Positions 40,908-50,394 are shown, counted from the stretch's first letter. The stretch: 64,000 nucleotides of DNA from Clostridiales bacterium (GCA_004557075.1 SFEX01000001.1:150786-214785), one strand, 5' to 3'. Translations and numbers: made by a program. The notes: generated by a model not told the origin, from the letters alone.

Positions 40908-42392
40908 TCACTCAAGCAGGAAATCCGCAACCGTTTTCTCCATATCCTGCTTCTGGGCAACGCCGTTAAAGCGCTTCTCTCTGCTTCCAAGTCCGGAAAG
41001 AGGCTTGGGAGCGGGCGTTTTTGTAAGCTCGGAGAGCCTTTCAATAAGCTGAGTGCCGGAAGCATTTGTCTCTGCACCCAGTGCGTCAAGAACGCTGTCG
41101 CAGAATTTATACGGGCTTGCCGTCGACACGATGACCGTCGGCGTATGCTCTTTGATCTCGGCTCTGTGATCGAGAACTTTTTTATACGCCACAGCGGTAT
41201 GAGTGTCCATGAGATAGCCGTGCTCTGTGTATATCTTATTTATGACCGACTTGGTCTCGGTATCCGTACAGAAGCCGCCGACGAAGTTCTCCCTGATTAT
41301 ATCCGCCGTTTTATCATCGACGGCATAGCGACCATAGCTATTAAGCTTTCTCATATACTCTGCGACCTGTGTATCGCTGCCGCTGACAGAATAGAGCAGG
41401 CGCTCAAGGTTGCTGGATACGAGGATATCCATAGACGGCGAAATAGTAGTGTGGAAAGGTCTGTTTTTATCGTACACACCGCTCTCCAAAAAGTCGGCAA
41501 GAACGTTATTCTCATTTGAGGCGCACAGCAGCTTGCCGACGGGCAGACCCATTTTCTTTGCATACCAGCAGGCAAGGATATTGCCGAAGTTGCCGGTCGG
41601 TACGGCAAAATCCACTGTGTCGCCGAAGGCAATATTCCCCGAGTTTACATAGTCGCAGTAGGCGGAGAAATAGTAGACTATCTGCGGCAGGAGCCTGCCC
41701 CAGTTTATCGAATTTGCAGACGATAAGAACCAGCCCTTCGCGCTGAGCTTATCCGCAAATTCTCTATCTCCGAATATTTTCTTCACGCCGGTCTGCGCAT
41801 CGTCAAAGTTTCCGTAAACAGCCGACACGCCGACGTTTTTGCCGCTCTGGGTTATCATTTGAAGCTGCTGCACCTCGGATACGCCGTTATGCGGGTAGAA
41901 TACGAGTATTTTAGTCCCCTCAACATCCGCAAAGCCCTCAAGAGCCGCCTTGCCAGTGTCCCCGCTCGTTGCTACAAGGATGCAGACATTGCGCTTTTCT
42001 CCGCATTTTTTAAGCGAAGCTGTCAGCAGATGCGGCAGCATTTGAAGCGCCATATCCTTGAAAGCGCAGGTTGGGCCGTGCCACAGCTCAAGCACAGCGG
42101 TTTTTTCATCAATAAAATGCACCGGTGCAATATCGGGATGGTCAAAATTGTCCCCGTAGGCGCTGTTTACCATGCGCTCAAGCTCATCTTCGGAAAACTC
42201 GTCCAAGAACAGCTTCATGATCCTGACTGCTCTTGTCCGATAATCGGCCGCGCACAGAGACTTTATATCCTCGTTTTTCAGCTTCGGCAGGCTCTCCGGA
42301 ACGAACAGGCCGCCGTCGGGCGCAAGTCCGTGCGCTATTGCTTCTGCCGCAGATACAATGCAATTTTTATCTCTGGTACTAAAATACTTCAT
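40908..42392 (-). CDS. thrC: Threonine synthase (long form)
   Basis: MKYFSTR...GLAPDGGLFVP N-terminus. PLP-lysine context CAFKDMALQ. Confidence 0.9.
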   Translation of the reverse strand: MKYFSTRDKNCIVSAAEAIAHGLAPDGGLFVPESLPKLKNEDIKSLCAADYRTRAVRIMKLFLDEFSEDELERMVNSAYGDNFDHPDIAPVHFIDEKTAVLELWHGPTCAFKDMALQMLPHLLTASLKKCGEKRNVCILVATSGDTGKAALEGFADVEGTKILVFYPHNGVSEVQQLQMITQSGKNVGVSAVYGNFDDAQTGVKKIFGDREFADKLSAKGWFLSSANSINWGRLLPQIVYYFSAYCDYVNSGNIAFGDTVDFAVPTGNFGNILACWYAKKMGLPVGKLLCASNENNVLADFLESGVYDKNRPFHTTISPSMDILVSSNLERLLYSVSGSDTQVAEYMRKLNSYGRYAVDDKTADIIRENFVGGFCTDTETKSVINKIYTEHGYLMDTHTAVAYKKVLDHRAEIKEHTPTVIVSTASPYKFCDSVLDALGAETNASGTQLIERLSELTKTPAPKPLSGLGSREKRFNGVAQKQDMEKTVADFLLE

Positions 42393-42403
42393 ATGCTTTT
42401 ACC

Positions 42404-42763
42404 TCAAAACGCATTTTCAATGTGATTTATTATAACTTTCCGGCTGCTCGTACCCTCCGGTGCATAGACCTCAATGACGTCAAAGCGGGGCTGCTTATCA
42501 GTCTCGTGCTGCTGCAGCCAAAGCTGTGCCGCAATGATAACGCGCTTTTGCTTTGCCGGAGTGACAAATTCCCGCGCCTCGCCGTAATCCTTATTCTTGC
42601 GCAGCTTTACTTCCACAAAAACTATGTAGTCCCGTTTTTGTGCGACAATATCTATCTCGCCCTGGCGGTAGCGGCAGTTCGTGTCAACTATCCTATATCC
42701 GTGCAGCCTTAAATAATTGGCAGCCTTTTTCTCTCCAAAGGCGCCGAGTTCGTTAGTCCCCAT
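42404..42763 (-). CDS. yraN: YraN-family (UPF0102) endonuclease-like protein
   Basis: GEKKAANYLRLHGYRIVDTNCRYRQGEIDIVA...VEVK pattern. Confidence 0.85.
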   Translation of the reverse strand: MGTNELGAFGEKKAANYLRLHGYRIVDTNCRYRQGEIDIVAQKRDYIVFVEVKLRKNKDYGEAREFVTPAKQKRVIIAAQLWLQQHETDKQPRFDVIEVYAPEGTSSRKVIINHIENAF

Positions 42764-43362
42764 CAGTGCATTTTCCTCAAGAAGCTCGGTCTATGTACCT
42801 CGCATGGGCCATGCTCGCGCAGAGCCTCATAGTGAAGCTTTGTTCCGTAGCCCTTGTGCTGCTCAAAGTGGTACTCAGGGTACTTTTCGGCCATTTCCAG
42901 CATATAGCGGTCACGGGTCACCTTGGCGAGGATCGACGCCGCCGCGATATCGGCACATTTCGCGTCGCCTTTTACAACGCATTGGCTTCTTATCTCAATC
43001 GCACTGTTGCGGTTGCCGTCGATAAGCGCAAGCTCCGGCTGAGGGTCAAGCTGCGCGATGGCTCTGTTCATGGCGAGCATCGCAGCATTAAGAATATTTA
43101 GCTTCTCTATCTCATCTACTGTTGCAAAGGCTATGCCGAAACTTATCGCTTTATCGCATATCTCGTCATAGAGCTTTTCGCGCTTTTTTTCGCTGAGCTT
43201 TTTGGAGTCGTTAAGCCCCGCTATCTCAATGCCCCTCGGCAGAATCACCGCCGCCGCGCACACAGGCCCCGCAAGAGGGCCGCGGCCTGCCTCATCAACA
43301 CCGCAGATAAGTGAAACTCCGCTGTCATATATCTCGTTTTCAAGTGTCCAAAGCTTCGTCAT
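42763..43362 (-). CDS. rnhB: Ribonuclease HII
   Basis: Motif GVDEAGRGPLAGPV. Conserved position after rbgA. Confidence 0.95.
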   Translation of the reverse strand: MTKLWTLENEIYDSGVSLICGVDEAGRGPLAGPVCAAAVILPRGIEIAGLNDSKKLSEKKREKLYDEICDKAISFGIAFATVDEIEKLNILNAAMLAMNRAIAQLDPQPELALIDGNRNSAIEIRSQCVVKGDAKCADIAAASILAKVTRDRYMLEMAEKYPEYHFEQHKGYGTKLHYEALREHGPCEVHRPSFLRKMH

Positions 43363-44231
43363 TTGGGCTTCTCCAAGCTTATTCTTCCGAGTTTGCCATC
43401 GTGGTACTCGCCAAGTAGGGTATTTGCCATGCGCTCGATGTCATATTCTCCCTTTGATACAAGAAAGCCGCGCTTTTTTGCGGCAGCCTCAAGAAGCTCA
43501 AAGCCATTCATCTCAGGTTCTGGCTCTATCTTATACCGTTCTCTCAAAGCATCGGGATACATATCACGCAGGCGTAGCATGAAATTTGCCGCAAGCGTCT
43601 CCTTATCCAGAACATCCGCCTTGATAGCGTTCGTTATGGAAAGCATCTCCCCTACCTCCTGGGAGTCAAACTTAGGCCAGAGTATGCCCGGTGTGTCGAG
43701 CAGGCACAGGCTCTGGTCAATCGTTATCCACTGCTTACCGCGGGTAACGCCCGGCTTGTCCCCGGCGATGGCCGCCTTACGACGCGCCGCTTTATTTATA
43801 AATGTAGACTTTCCCACATTCGGTATGCCGAGGATCATAACTTTCAGAGGCCGGTTTTTCTGTCCCTTGGCGGCGTAATCAGCAAGCTTATCCTTCAAAA
43901 GCTCCTTGAGCGCCGGAACGAAATTGTTCACGCCCTTGCCGCTTTTGGCATCGGTCTCCATGATCCTGATCCCCTGACATTCAAAATGTCTGCGCCATTG
44001 AGATGTTATCTCAGGGTCCGCAAGGTCAATGCGGTTTAAAATGATAAGTCTTGGCTTCCCGGCTGCAAGGCGGTCGATATCCGGATTCCGGCTCGAGCGG
44101 GGTATGCGCGCATCGAGTATCTCGCACACGGCATCTACCTGCTTTATGCTGTCCTCTATCATGCGCTGAGCCTTAGTCATGTGGCCGGGGAACCACTGGA
44201 TATTCATTTTTTCGTAGTTAATATCGCCCAT
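43359..44231 (-). CDS. rbgA: Ribosome biogenesis GTPase A (YlqF)
   Basis: Circularly permuted GTPase with NRIDL, GIPNVGKST and DTPGILWPKF. Confidence 0.9.
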   Translation of the reverse strand: MGDINYEKMNIQWFPGHMTKAQRMIEDSIKQVDAVCEILDARIPRSSRNPDIDRLAAGKPRLIILNRIDLADPEITSQWRRHFECQGIRIMETDAKSGKGVNNFVPALKELLKDKLADYAAKGQKNRPLKVMILGIPNVGKSTFINKAARRKAAIAGDKPGVTRGKQWITIDQSLCLLDTPGILWPKFDSQEVGEMLSITNAIKADVLDKETLAANFMLRLRDMYPDALRERYKIEPEPEMNGFELLEAAAKKRGFLVSKGEYDIERMANTLLGEYHDGKLGRISLEKPK

Positions 44232-44232
44232 T

Positions 44233-44814
44233 TCAGTCTCCGTAGGGGCTGCCCATATGGTTAAGCGGGTACACGGTCAGCAAAACCTTGCCGATTATAA
44301 GGCGCTCGTCTATCATTCCGATTCGCGAATCGCGGCTGTCAGCAGATTCGTTGCGGTTATCGCCCATGACGAAAACGCAGCCCTCCGGTACTATCTGAGT
44401 TCCGGTAAAATCGATCTGGTTTTTCGTTGGCTCGGCAATATACGGCTCGTCGAGAAGCTCTCCGTCAACATACACTCTGCCCTTTGTGAAATCTATCTCC
44501 ACCGTCTGTCCCTCGGTAGCTATAACTCTCTTTACAAGTGCCCTGGATTTATACTCATCCTTTCGGAAAATGATTATATCTCCCTGCTTAGGCTTATAGA
44601 AGAGATCCGAAACGACCATTTTATCGCCGTCTTCAAGCGTCGGATTCATGGAGTCGCCAACTACGTCCACAAGCCTGAACAGGAACACGAACATGACAAC
44701 GCAGAATATCAGCGCAAACACAAGGCACTGTATCCATTCATATATCTCGCCGCGAGTGCTTTTTTCCCCGGCGGCCGCCGCTTTCTTATTATTTCTGATA
44801 TCAGTTTTTTTCAT
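44233..44814 (-). CDS. lepB: Signal peptidase I
   Basis: Motifs GDSMNPTL (catalytic Ser) and GDNRNESADSR. Confidence 0.9.
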   Translation of the reverse strand: MKKTDIRNNKKAAAAGEKSTRGEIYEWIQCLVFALIFCVVMFVFLFRLVDVVGDSMNPTLEDGDKMVVSDLFYKPKQGDIIIFRKDEYKSRALVKRVIATEGQTVEIDFTKGRVYVDGELLDEPYIAEPTKNQIDFTGTQIVPEGCVFVMGDNRNESADSRDSRIGMIDERLIIGKVLLTVYPLNHMGSPYGD

Positions 44815-44885
44815 TGCTCTACCTCTTGACTTTATCAGATATGTGTTATTTCTTTATTATACACGACTTAAGCCCATTTAGGCAA

Positions 44886-44914
44886 CAAAAAAAGAGGCCA
44901 AAGCCTCTTTTTTT
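44886..44914 (-). terminator. Bidirectional rho-independent terminator after rplS
   Basis: AGAGGC-caaa-GCCTCT hairpin flanked by A7 and T6-7. Confidence 0.75.
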
Positions 44915-44936
44915 GATAAATTCACAGGCTCGGAGA

Positions 44937-45278
44937 TCACAGACGCTCCTTGACCTTTGCACTCTTGCCCACGCGGTCACGCAGATAGTACAGCTTTGCT
45001 CTGCGGACTTTGCCGCGACGTACCGTCTCAACGGATACAATGGAGGGAGAGTGTACGGGGAAGACCTTCTCGCAGCCAACACCGTAGGAAATGCGGCGGA
45101 CGGTAATGGTTTCATTGATGCCGCCGTGCTTCTTGGCGATGATGGTGCCTTCAAAGGCCTGATTGCGCTCGCGGCTGCCTTCCTTTACGCGTACGGTGAT
45201 ACGCACGGTATCGCCGACGTTCAGGGTGGGCAGTTCGGGCTTCATGTACTGTTCGCTGAGAATTTTGACCAGATCCAT
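44937..45278 (-). CDS. rplS: 50S ribosomal protein L19
   Basis: Sequence [34 protein letters not shown]... Confidence 0.95.
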   Translation of the reverse strand: MDLVKILSEQYMKPELPTLNVGDTVRITVRVKEGSRERNQAFEGTIIAKKHGGINETITVRRISYGVGCEKVFPVHSPSIVSVETVRRGKVRRAKLYYLRDRVGKSAKVKERL

Positions 45279-45408
45279 AATCTAATCCTTCCTTTTTCTT
45301 AGGCGTTCATGCCGGAGGACTCCCTTTGGTCTCGGCAGCGGACCGCTTGATAGCTTGGGTCTATGCCACAAGCCATGATATGATATCACACAACATCTTG
45401 CATTGCAA
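45279..45408 (-). promoter_or_regulatory. rplS promoter plus a structured 5' leader of about 90 nt (candidate L19 autoregulatory leader)
   Basis: Minus strand TTGCAA (45403-45408), 17 nt spacer, TATCAT (45380-45385). This is followed by a GC-rich, self-complementary UTR before the SD GAAGGA. L19 leaders are known upstream of rplS in Firmicutes. I did not verify the fold. Confidence 0.45.
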
Positions 45409-45415
45409 GCATTTT

Positions 45416-46075
45416 TTAACGAAATACTTCCATACTTTCGTCAAAAACCTCTAGACGCTTGAATTTCGCAAAATCCGGCGCGATCTCGGGCGCAAGCTGG
45501 TGAAGTGCGTCAGATATCAGCTCGGGGTTGAGCGTTGGCTCCTGCGCGGATATCAGACCTCTCATATACACCACGTCGCCAAACTCCTCAAAGCTCAGCT
45601 CCTTTATAGCGCATGTTATGTCACTCTCGCCAACACCACGCTTGGTCTTTTTTTGAATAACAATGCTCTCCCTTGAAAAGAACTCGTTGAGGCTTTTTGT
45701 CATGGCAGCAATATCCCTATCATCGTATTCAAATCTGCCGCCGACGCGCAGCCATTTAAGCTCCTTGACCTTGCGCTGAGCCTCGTATACGTCTATTACT
45801 TCTATCCCCTCAGGCAGCTGATCGGATAAAAGCCGCAGTATCTCATCAGGCGCTCTGTCCTCGATGAGCTTAAAATCCATTATCTCGCAGTTACTCTCGC
45901 AGCCTACCGACAGCGGCAGAGCAATTGAAATATTCGGATGCGGGTTAAATCCCTCGGAATATTTTAGGCGCATTCCGGCGCGCAAAAACGCGCGGGTCAT
46001 GGTGCGCATAAGGTCAAGATGCGATATATACACCGCTCTGCCCGTTTTTGAAAACAGCAGTCTGAGCTTATCCAT
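45416..46075 (-). CDS. TIGR03936-family radical-SAM-associated protein (DUF2344)
   Basis: Sequence MDKLRLLFSKTGRAVYISHLDLMRTMTRAFLRAG... Always follows the TIGR03960 gene. Overlaps it by 8 nt. Confidence 0.8.
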   Translation of the reverse strand: MDKLRLLFSKTGRAVYISHLDLMRTMTRAFLRAGMRLKYSEGFNPHPNISIALPLSVGCESNCEIMDFKLIEDRAPDEILRLLSDQLPEGIEVIDVYEAQRKVKELKWLRVGGRFEYDDRDIAAMTKSLNEFFSRESIVIQKKTKRGVGESDITCAIKELSFEEFGDVVYMRGLISAQEPTLNPELISDALHQLAPEIAPDFAKFKRLEVFDESMEVFR

Positions 46076-47903
46076 CGCATTTCCCCCCTTTCAGCAGCTT
46101 AGCCGCTCCGCAGGCTGAGCACTGCTTCCGGCAGTCGGGCGACAGCTCGGATTTGTACGCCTGCTCCCGCTCGTGCCAGAGGTGCGCTTTTCTCACGCCG
46201 ACATCGACGATATTCCACGGCATATTCTCGTCCAGCGAGCGTTCTCTATACGCATAAAACTCAGGGGCAACGCCGGCGTCTTTAAACGCCTTCATCCAGC
46301 GTTCAAAGGAAAAATAATCGCTCCACGCTTCGAGCCTGCCTCCCGCTCTCCAGACATTTTCAATAACTGCGCCCATGCGTCTGTCGCCCCTCGAGAGCGT
46401 AGCCTCGATATAGCTTGTCTGCGGGTCATGCCAGTTATATACAACATTTTTGGCCTTGATATTATCCCTGAGCAGATTCACCTTGCGCATATACTCGTCC
46501 ATGGTGTTCTGCTTCTCCCATTGAAACGGGCTGTGCGGCTTCGGCACAAAGCAGGAGGTGGAAATGGTTATCCGCACTCCCCTGTTCTTATTCTTCGCGT
46601 AAAGCCGCCATGTGTGGAGAACCTGATTTGCAAGCTCCGCTATTCCGAGGACGTCCTCGTCCGTTTCGGTCGGCAGGCCTAGCATGAAATACAGCTTTAT
46701 CGTATTCCAGCCCCCCTCAAAGGCAAGGCGGCAGGTGTTGAGCAAGTCATCCTCGGTGACGTTTTTATTTATCGCGTCGCGCAGGCGCTGACTTCCCGCC
46801 TCAGGGGCGAAGGTAAGACCGCTCTTTCGCGTTTTTTGCAGGCGGTGCATTATCTCAATAGAGAAATTATCCGCACGGAGCGACGGCAGCGACAAACCTA
46901 TGCTTCTCGGCTCGCAGTATTCGAGCAGCCCGTCGCACAGCTCTGAAAGCTGCCGGTAGTCGCTCGAGCTGAGCGACAGCAGCGTTATGTCCTGTGCTCC
47001 CGTATTTTGAAGCAGCGCCTTGCCCTGCTCAATAAGTAATTCGGGGCTTTTTGATCTTATAGGTCTGTAAACATGACCGGCCTGGCAGAAGCGGCAGCCT
47101 CGCACGCAGCCGCGGAACAGCTCGAGGTTTACCCTGTCATGCACAACTTCCGTTGACGGGACGATCGGGTTAAGCGGAAAATGCACCTTGTCAAGATCGG
47201 CAATGATGCGCTTTGTGACCCTCTCCGGCGCACAGTCGGCTATGTCAAAGCGGTTTATCGTACCGTCATCGTTTAATACCGGTTTATAAAAACTTGGGAC
47301 AAGCACTCCGCCTATCTGAGCCGCTTTTTTCAAAAACTCGGTCTTTGACCAGCCGCCGAGCTTTGCCTCGTTAAGCAGCGCCAGCAGTTCGTTGTTCATC
47401 TCCTCGCCCTCGCCGAGCAGGAAAATGTCTATAAAATCCGCCATAGGCTCGGGATTGAGCGCGGCAGTGCCTCCGGCGATAACGAGCGGCAAAAGCTCTG
47501 TTCTCTCCGCGCTGTGTATGGGCAGTCCGGCCATGTCTATCATGTCCAGAACCGTGGAATAGGCCATCTCATAGCCTATTGAAAACGCAATTACATCATG
47601 CTCGGAGACGGGATCGCCGCTCTCAAGAGCATACAGCGGTATATTCGCCGCCTTCATTTCGTTATACATGTCTCCCCACGGGGCAAACACGCGCTCACAC
47701 CAGACATAGGGCAGCTCGTTCATGGTCGAATACAGGATACCCATGCCGAGATTTGACATACCTATTTCGTATGTATCCGGGAAGCAAAACGCGACCCTTA
47801 TGTTGATATCTGCCTTGTCTTTTATTATCTGATTGTACTCTCCGCCGGTGTATCTCGCAGGCTTCTGCACTTTAGGAAGTATGCGTTCAAGTCGTTTATC
47901 CAT
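46068..47903 (-). CDS. TIGR03960-family B12-binding-domain radical SAM protein
   Basis: CVRGCRFCQAG radical-SAM cluster and an N-terminal B12-like domain. Confidence 0.8.
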   Translation of the reverse strand: MDKRLERILPKVQKPARYTGGEYNQIIKDKADINIRVAFCFPDTYEIGMSNLGMGILYSTMNELPYVWCERVFAPWGDMYNEMKAANIPLYALESGDPVSEHDVIAFSIGYEMAYSTVLDMIDMAGLPIHSAERTELLPLVIAGGTAALNPEPMADFIDIFLLGEGEEMNNELLALLNEAKLGGWSKTEFLKKAAQIGGVLVPSFYKPVLNDDGTINRFDIADCAPERVTKRIIADLDKVHFPLNPIVPSTEVVHDRVNLELFRGCVRGCRFCQAGHVYRPIRSKSPELLIEQGKALLQNTGAQDITLLSLSSSDYRQLSELCDGLLEYCEPRSIGLSLPSLRADNFSIEIMHRLQKTRKSGLTFAPEAGSQRLRDAINKNVTEDDLLNTCRLAFEGGWNTIKLYFMLGLPTETDEDVLGIAELANQVLHTWRLYAKNKNRGVRITISTSCFVPKPHSPFQWEKQNTMDEYMRKVNLLRDNIKAKNVVYNWHDPQTSYIEATLSRGDRRMGAVIENVWRAGGRLEAWSDYFSFERWMKAFKDAGVAPEFYAYRERSLDENMPWNIVDVGVRKAHLWHEREQAYKSELSPDCRKQCSACGAAKLLKGGKCDG

Positions 47904-47938
47904 AGCTTAACTCCGAAAAATGTATTCTATTGATTTTA

Positions 47939-48529
47939 CTATAAACGCATGTTTTTTACAATACCCGTTTGCGCGATAAGCAGCCAAATTCCCGCTATAA
48001 GCAGCGCCGCACCAAGCTCTTTTCCGAGCATTGCAAGTCCCGCAGCCGCCAGTCCCAACCCAGTTATGAAGCCCGAAAGCTCAATAATATTTTTTGCTCT
48101 CTCGAAGCCCATAGCTTTGGACAGCAGTGCAAATACCGCTCTGCCGCCGTCAAGCGGCAATGCCGGCAGCAGATTATACGCGGTCAGTATGGCTCCGTAC
48201 CCCGCGCATTCCAAAAGCAGGCGGTTGGCTGTCTTTGCTCCGCAATAAGAGCATATGATCGCAAATATAAGCCCTGCGGCCGGGCCCGCCAGCAGCGCCG
48301 TTATCTCCGCCGCCGCACCGTTTACCCCGCACATGCTTATACACATTCCCGAAGCCTCAAAGCGCATGGTCTTTATGCCGCCTCCAAGCAGCTTTATGGC
48401 TGCTATATGCCCCAGCTCATGCGCCGCAGCCGCAAGCAGCAGCGCGGAAAGGCTTACGATCCCGCCGAAAAAATACAGAGCCGACAGCAGGAAAATCGCG
48501 CCGGCGCTTAGCTGAAACCGCCTGTTCAC
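47939..48529 (-). CDS. Short M50 site-2 metalloprotease (SpoIVFB-like, no CBS domain)
   Basis: AAAHELGHIAA zinc motif and LPLDGG motif. Six hydrophobic segments. Follows an M23/LytM gene, as in spoIVFA-spoIVFB. Confidence 0.65.
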   Translation of the reverse strand: MNRRFQLSAGAIFLLSALYFFGGIVSLSALLLAAAAHELGHIAAIKLLGGGIKTMRFEASGMCISMCGVNGAAAEITALLAGPAAGLIFAIICSYCGAKTANRLLLECAGYGAILTAYNLLPALPLDGGRAVFALLSKAMGFERAKNIIELSGFITGLGLAAAGLAMLGKELGAALLIAGIWLLIAQTGIVKNMRL

Positions 48530-49332
48530 AGATAAAACTCGGGGTTTAGGTAAATATCACCCTGCATCAGCTCAAAATGAAGATGCGGTCCCGTAGCCGC
48601 CCCCGTCGAGCCTACCTTGGCGATCACGTCACCTTTTTTGACATCCCCGCAGCCCCTGCACAGTTCGCTGCAATGGGCATATAAGGTGGAGTAGCCGTCG
48701 CTGTGGTTTATTATCATATACTTACCGTAGGAGTCAGAATCCCCCGCCGAGACTATCACGCCGTCGGCAAACGCTGCTATCTCGGTACCCGTGTTTGCCG
48801 CAAAATCCGTGCCGTAATGGTATTTAACCTCATTTTTTATCGGGTGCATCCTGTATCCAAAGCCCGAGGATTTTACACCGCTGATAGGATGTACATACTC
48901 AAACGGCAGCGTCGGACACTCGTAGCTCACGTTCGCGGGTATCTCATATTCTGAATATGCAGACTGAGCCGCTAAAAATGCGGCTATCGCGGGGTTTTCC
49001 GTCGGCTCCGGAGTAGGTGTTGGAGTGGGGATCGGAGTTTGCGTCGGCTCCGGCACGGGCGTCGGTGTTATAACAGGTGCGGCAGTTTGCGTCGGCGCAG
49101 GACTTGGCCCCGGCTCGGCTTCTTTCGTATCTCTCCGGAAAAATGCGCTTATGGCGTCGTTCTCTGTAAGGCTCTTGCCAAGTTCCATTACATATACCGT
49201 CTGCTCATGCTCCATAACAAGAGCGTTTTTGATCCCGTCGGCAAGCTGCGCGGAAAGCGACGGCGATAAAAACTTCACGGCAGTAAGCAAGATAAATATA
49301 CCAGCCGATATGTAAAGCTTCCAATCTTTCAT
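48526..49332 (-). CDS. M23/LytM-family metallopeptidase with N-terminal TM anchor (SpoIVFA position)
   Basis: HYGTDF and HLHFE zinc ligands are intact. Pro/Thr-rich linker. Start at MKDWKLY (GAGGTG 6 nt upstream), which avoids overlap with the tRNA-Pro promoter. Confidence 0.75.
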   Translation of the reverse strand: MKDWKLYISAGIFILLTAVKFLSPSLSAQLADGIKNALVMEHEQTVYVMELGKSLTENDAISAFFRRDTKEAEPGPSPAPTQTAAPVITPTPVPEPTQTPIPTPTPTPEPTENPAIAAFLAAQSAYSEYEIPANVSYECPTLPFEYVHPISGVKSSGFGYRMHPIKNEVKYHYGTDFAANTGTEIAAFADGVIVSAGDSDSYGKYMIINHSDGYSTLYAHCSELCRGCGDVKKGDVIAKVGSTGAATGPHLHFELMQGDIYLNPEFYL

Positions 49333-49382
49333 ACTTGTCACCTCAGACAAGTATATTCCCTTGCCCGCGATTAAATTAGTCC

Positions 49383-49411
49383 TTGACAATGCCGCGCTTA
49401 ATTATTATAAT
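49383..49411 (+). promoter_or_regulatory. Consensus sigma-A promoter of tRNA-Pro
   Basis: TTGACA (49383-49388), 17 nt spacer, TATAAT (49406-49411). Lies 13 nt upstream of the tRNA 5' end. Confidence 0.8.
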
Positions 49412-49424
49412 AAGAAAGCTGTTT

Positions 49425-49500
49425 CGGGGTGTAGCGCAGCTGGTAGCGCGCTTGGTTCGGGACCAAGAGGCCGGGAGTTCAAGTCTCCCCACTCCGACCA
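49425..49500 (+). tRNA. tRNA-Pro (anticodon CGG), CCA encoded
   Basis: Manual cloverleaf: acceptor CGGGGTG/CACTCCG, D arm GCGC/GCGC, anticodon stem CTTGG/CCAAG with loop TTCGGGA, T arm GGGAG-TTCAAGT-CTCCC, then A-CCA. Confidence 0.9.
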
Positions 49501-49502
49501 AA

Positions 49503-49538
49503 AATCGACAAGCACCGTTTGGGGGCTTGTCGATTTTT
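49503..49538 (+). terminator. Rho-independent terminator after tRNA-Pro
   Basis: ATCGACAAGC ... GCTTGTCGAT 10-bp stem followed by TTTTT. Confidence 0.8.
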
Positions 49539-49780
49539 ACTTATTACTTATTCACTCTTCACTATTCACTTAATTCAAGGCTCGATTTTTGGAAAGTAAT
49601 AAGTAATAGTGAAAAAGTGAGATATCCTTTCGGAACACATTTAATTGTAGATAAGCAAATATATCATATCGCGTAAGCGATATATAATTGAAAAGTATGC
49701 AAAGAATAACCGCAATCTTGATACGAGGTTACGGTTATTTTATATCTATGATAGAATTCGATTTAAAGAGGTGTTTGAAC

Positions 49781-50263
49781 GTGATTGCATTCAATTCCAT
49801 ATACAAAAAGATATGTAAAAAGTATTCAGACTATGAGGTTGAGCGAGGTCGCGAGCAGGGTGCAGAATATGTATCCATCATGAAAAGCGGTTTCAGTAAG
49901 CCGATTAAAATATACTATGACCCGGATATAGGGGAATACATCGTTACATTTGCTATACAGCATATTCACATTGACGAAGATATTGATTTACTCGATGAAG
50001 TTTCAAATTTTGCCAATGGAAGCATAGCCGCTATTGAGTTCTACGAGAACGGAAAAGACATATTTGGAGGGCAAATTGAAACCAGTTCTCTTGAAAAATT
50101 GACATATGATACCCTAAGAACGCGCTTTGGATATCCGAATCTTGATATTAGCAAAATGACATTTCGTGTATATGCGTGGAATGAAAATTATTGCTTTGAG
50201 GGTTCATTTGCCAAATCAGCAGAAAACACTATTCAAATAATCAAAAAGGATTCATTCATTTGA
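49781..50263 (+). CDS. Hypothetical protein (AT-rich orphan gene)
   Basis: GTG start 7 nt after AAAGAGGTG. The ORF-track start 49688 is in-frame but lacks an SD. I recognise no motif. Visibly AT-richer than the backbone. Confidence 0.5.
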   Translation: MIAFNSIYKKICKKYSDYEVERGREQGAEYVSIMKSGFSKPIKIYYDPDIGEYIVTFAIQHIHIDEDIDLLDEVSNFANGSIAAIEFYENGKDIFGGQIETSSLEKLTYDTLRTRFGYPNLDISKMTFRVYAWNENYCFEGSFAKSAENTIQIIKKDSFI

Positions 50264-50318
50264 TATTTTTTGGAACATTTGGATATCCCACCGAAAATGA
50301 AGTCATGCCACCACTTTT

Positions 50319-50360
50319 CAAAAATACAGCAAGCACTTTATGTGCTTGCTGTATTTTTTT
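50319..50360. terminator. Bidirectional terminator between the orphan gene and the SLH protein gene
   Basis: 13-bp stem ATACAGCAAGCAC / GTGCTTGCTGTAT flanked by A5 and T7. Confidence 0.8.
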
Positions 50361-50394
50361 GCTGTTTTGGCGCAGATGCGCCGTTTATTTAGTT

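Noticed and set aside
49361-49676. Two plus-strand ORFs (70 and 97 aa)
   Set aside because: They run through the tRNA-Pro gene and its terminator, so they are spurious.
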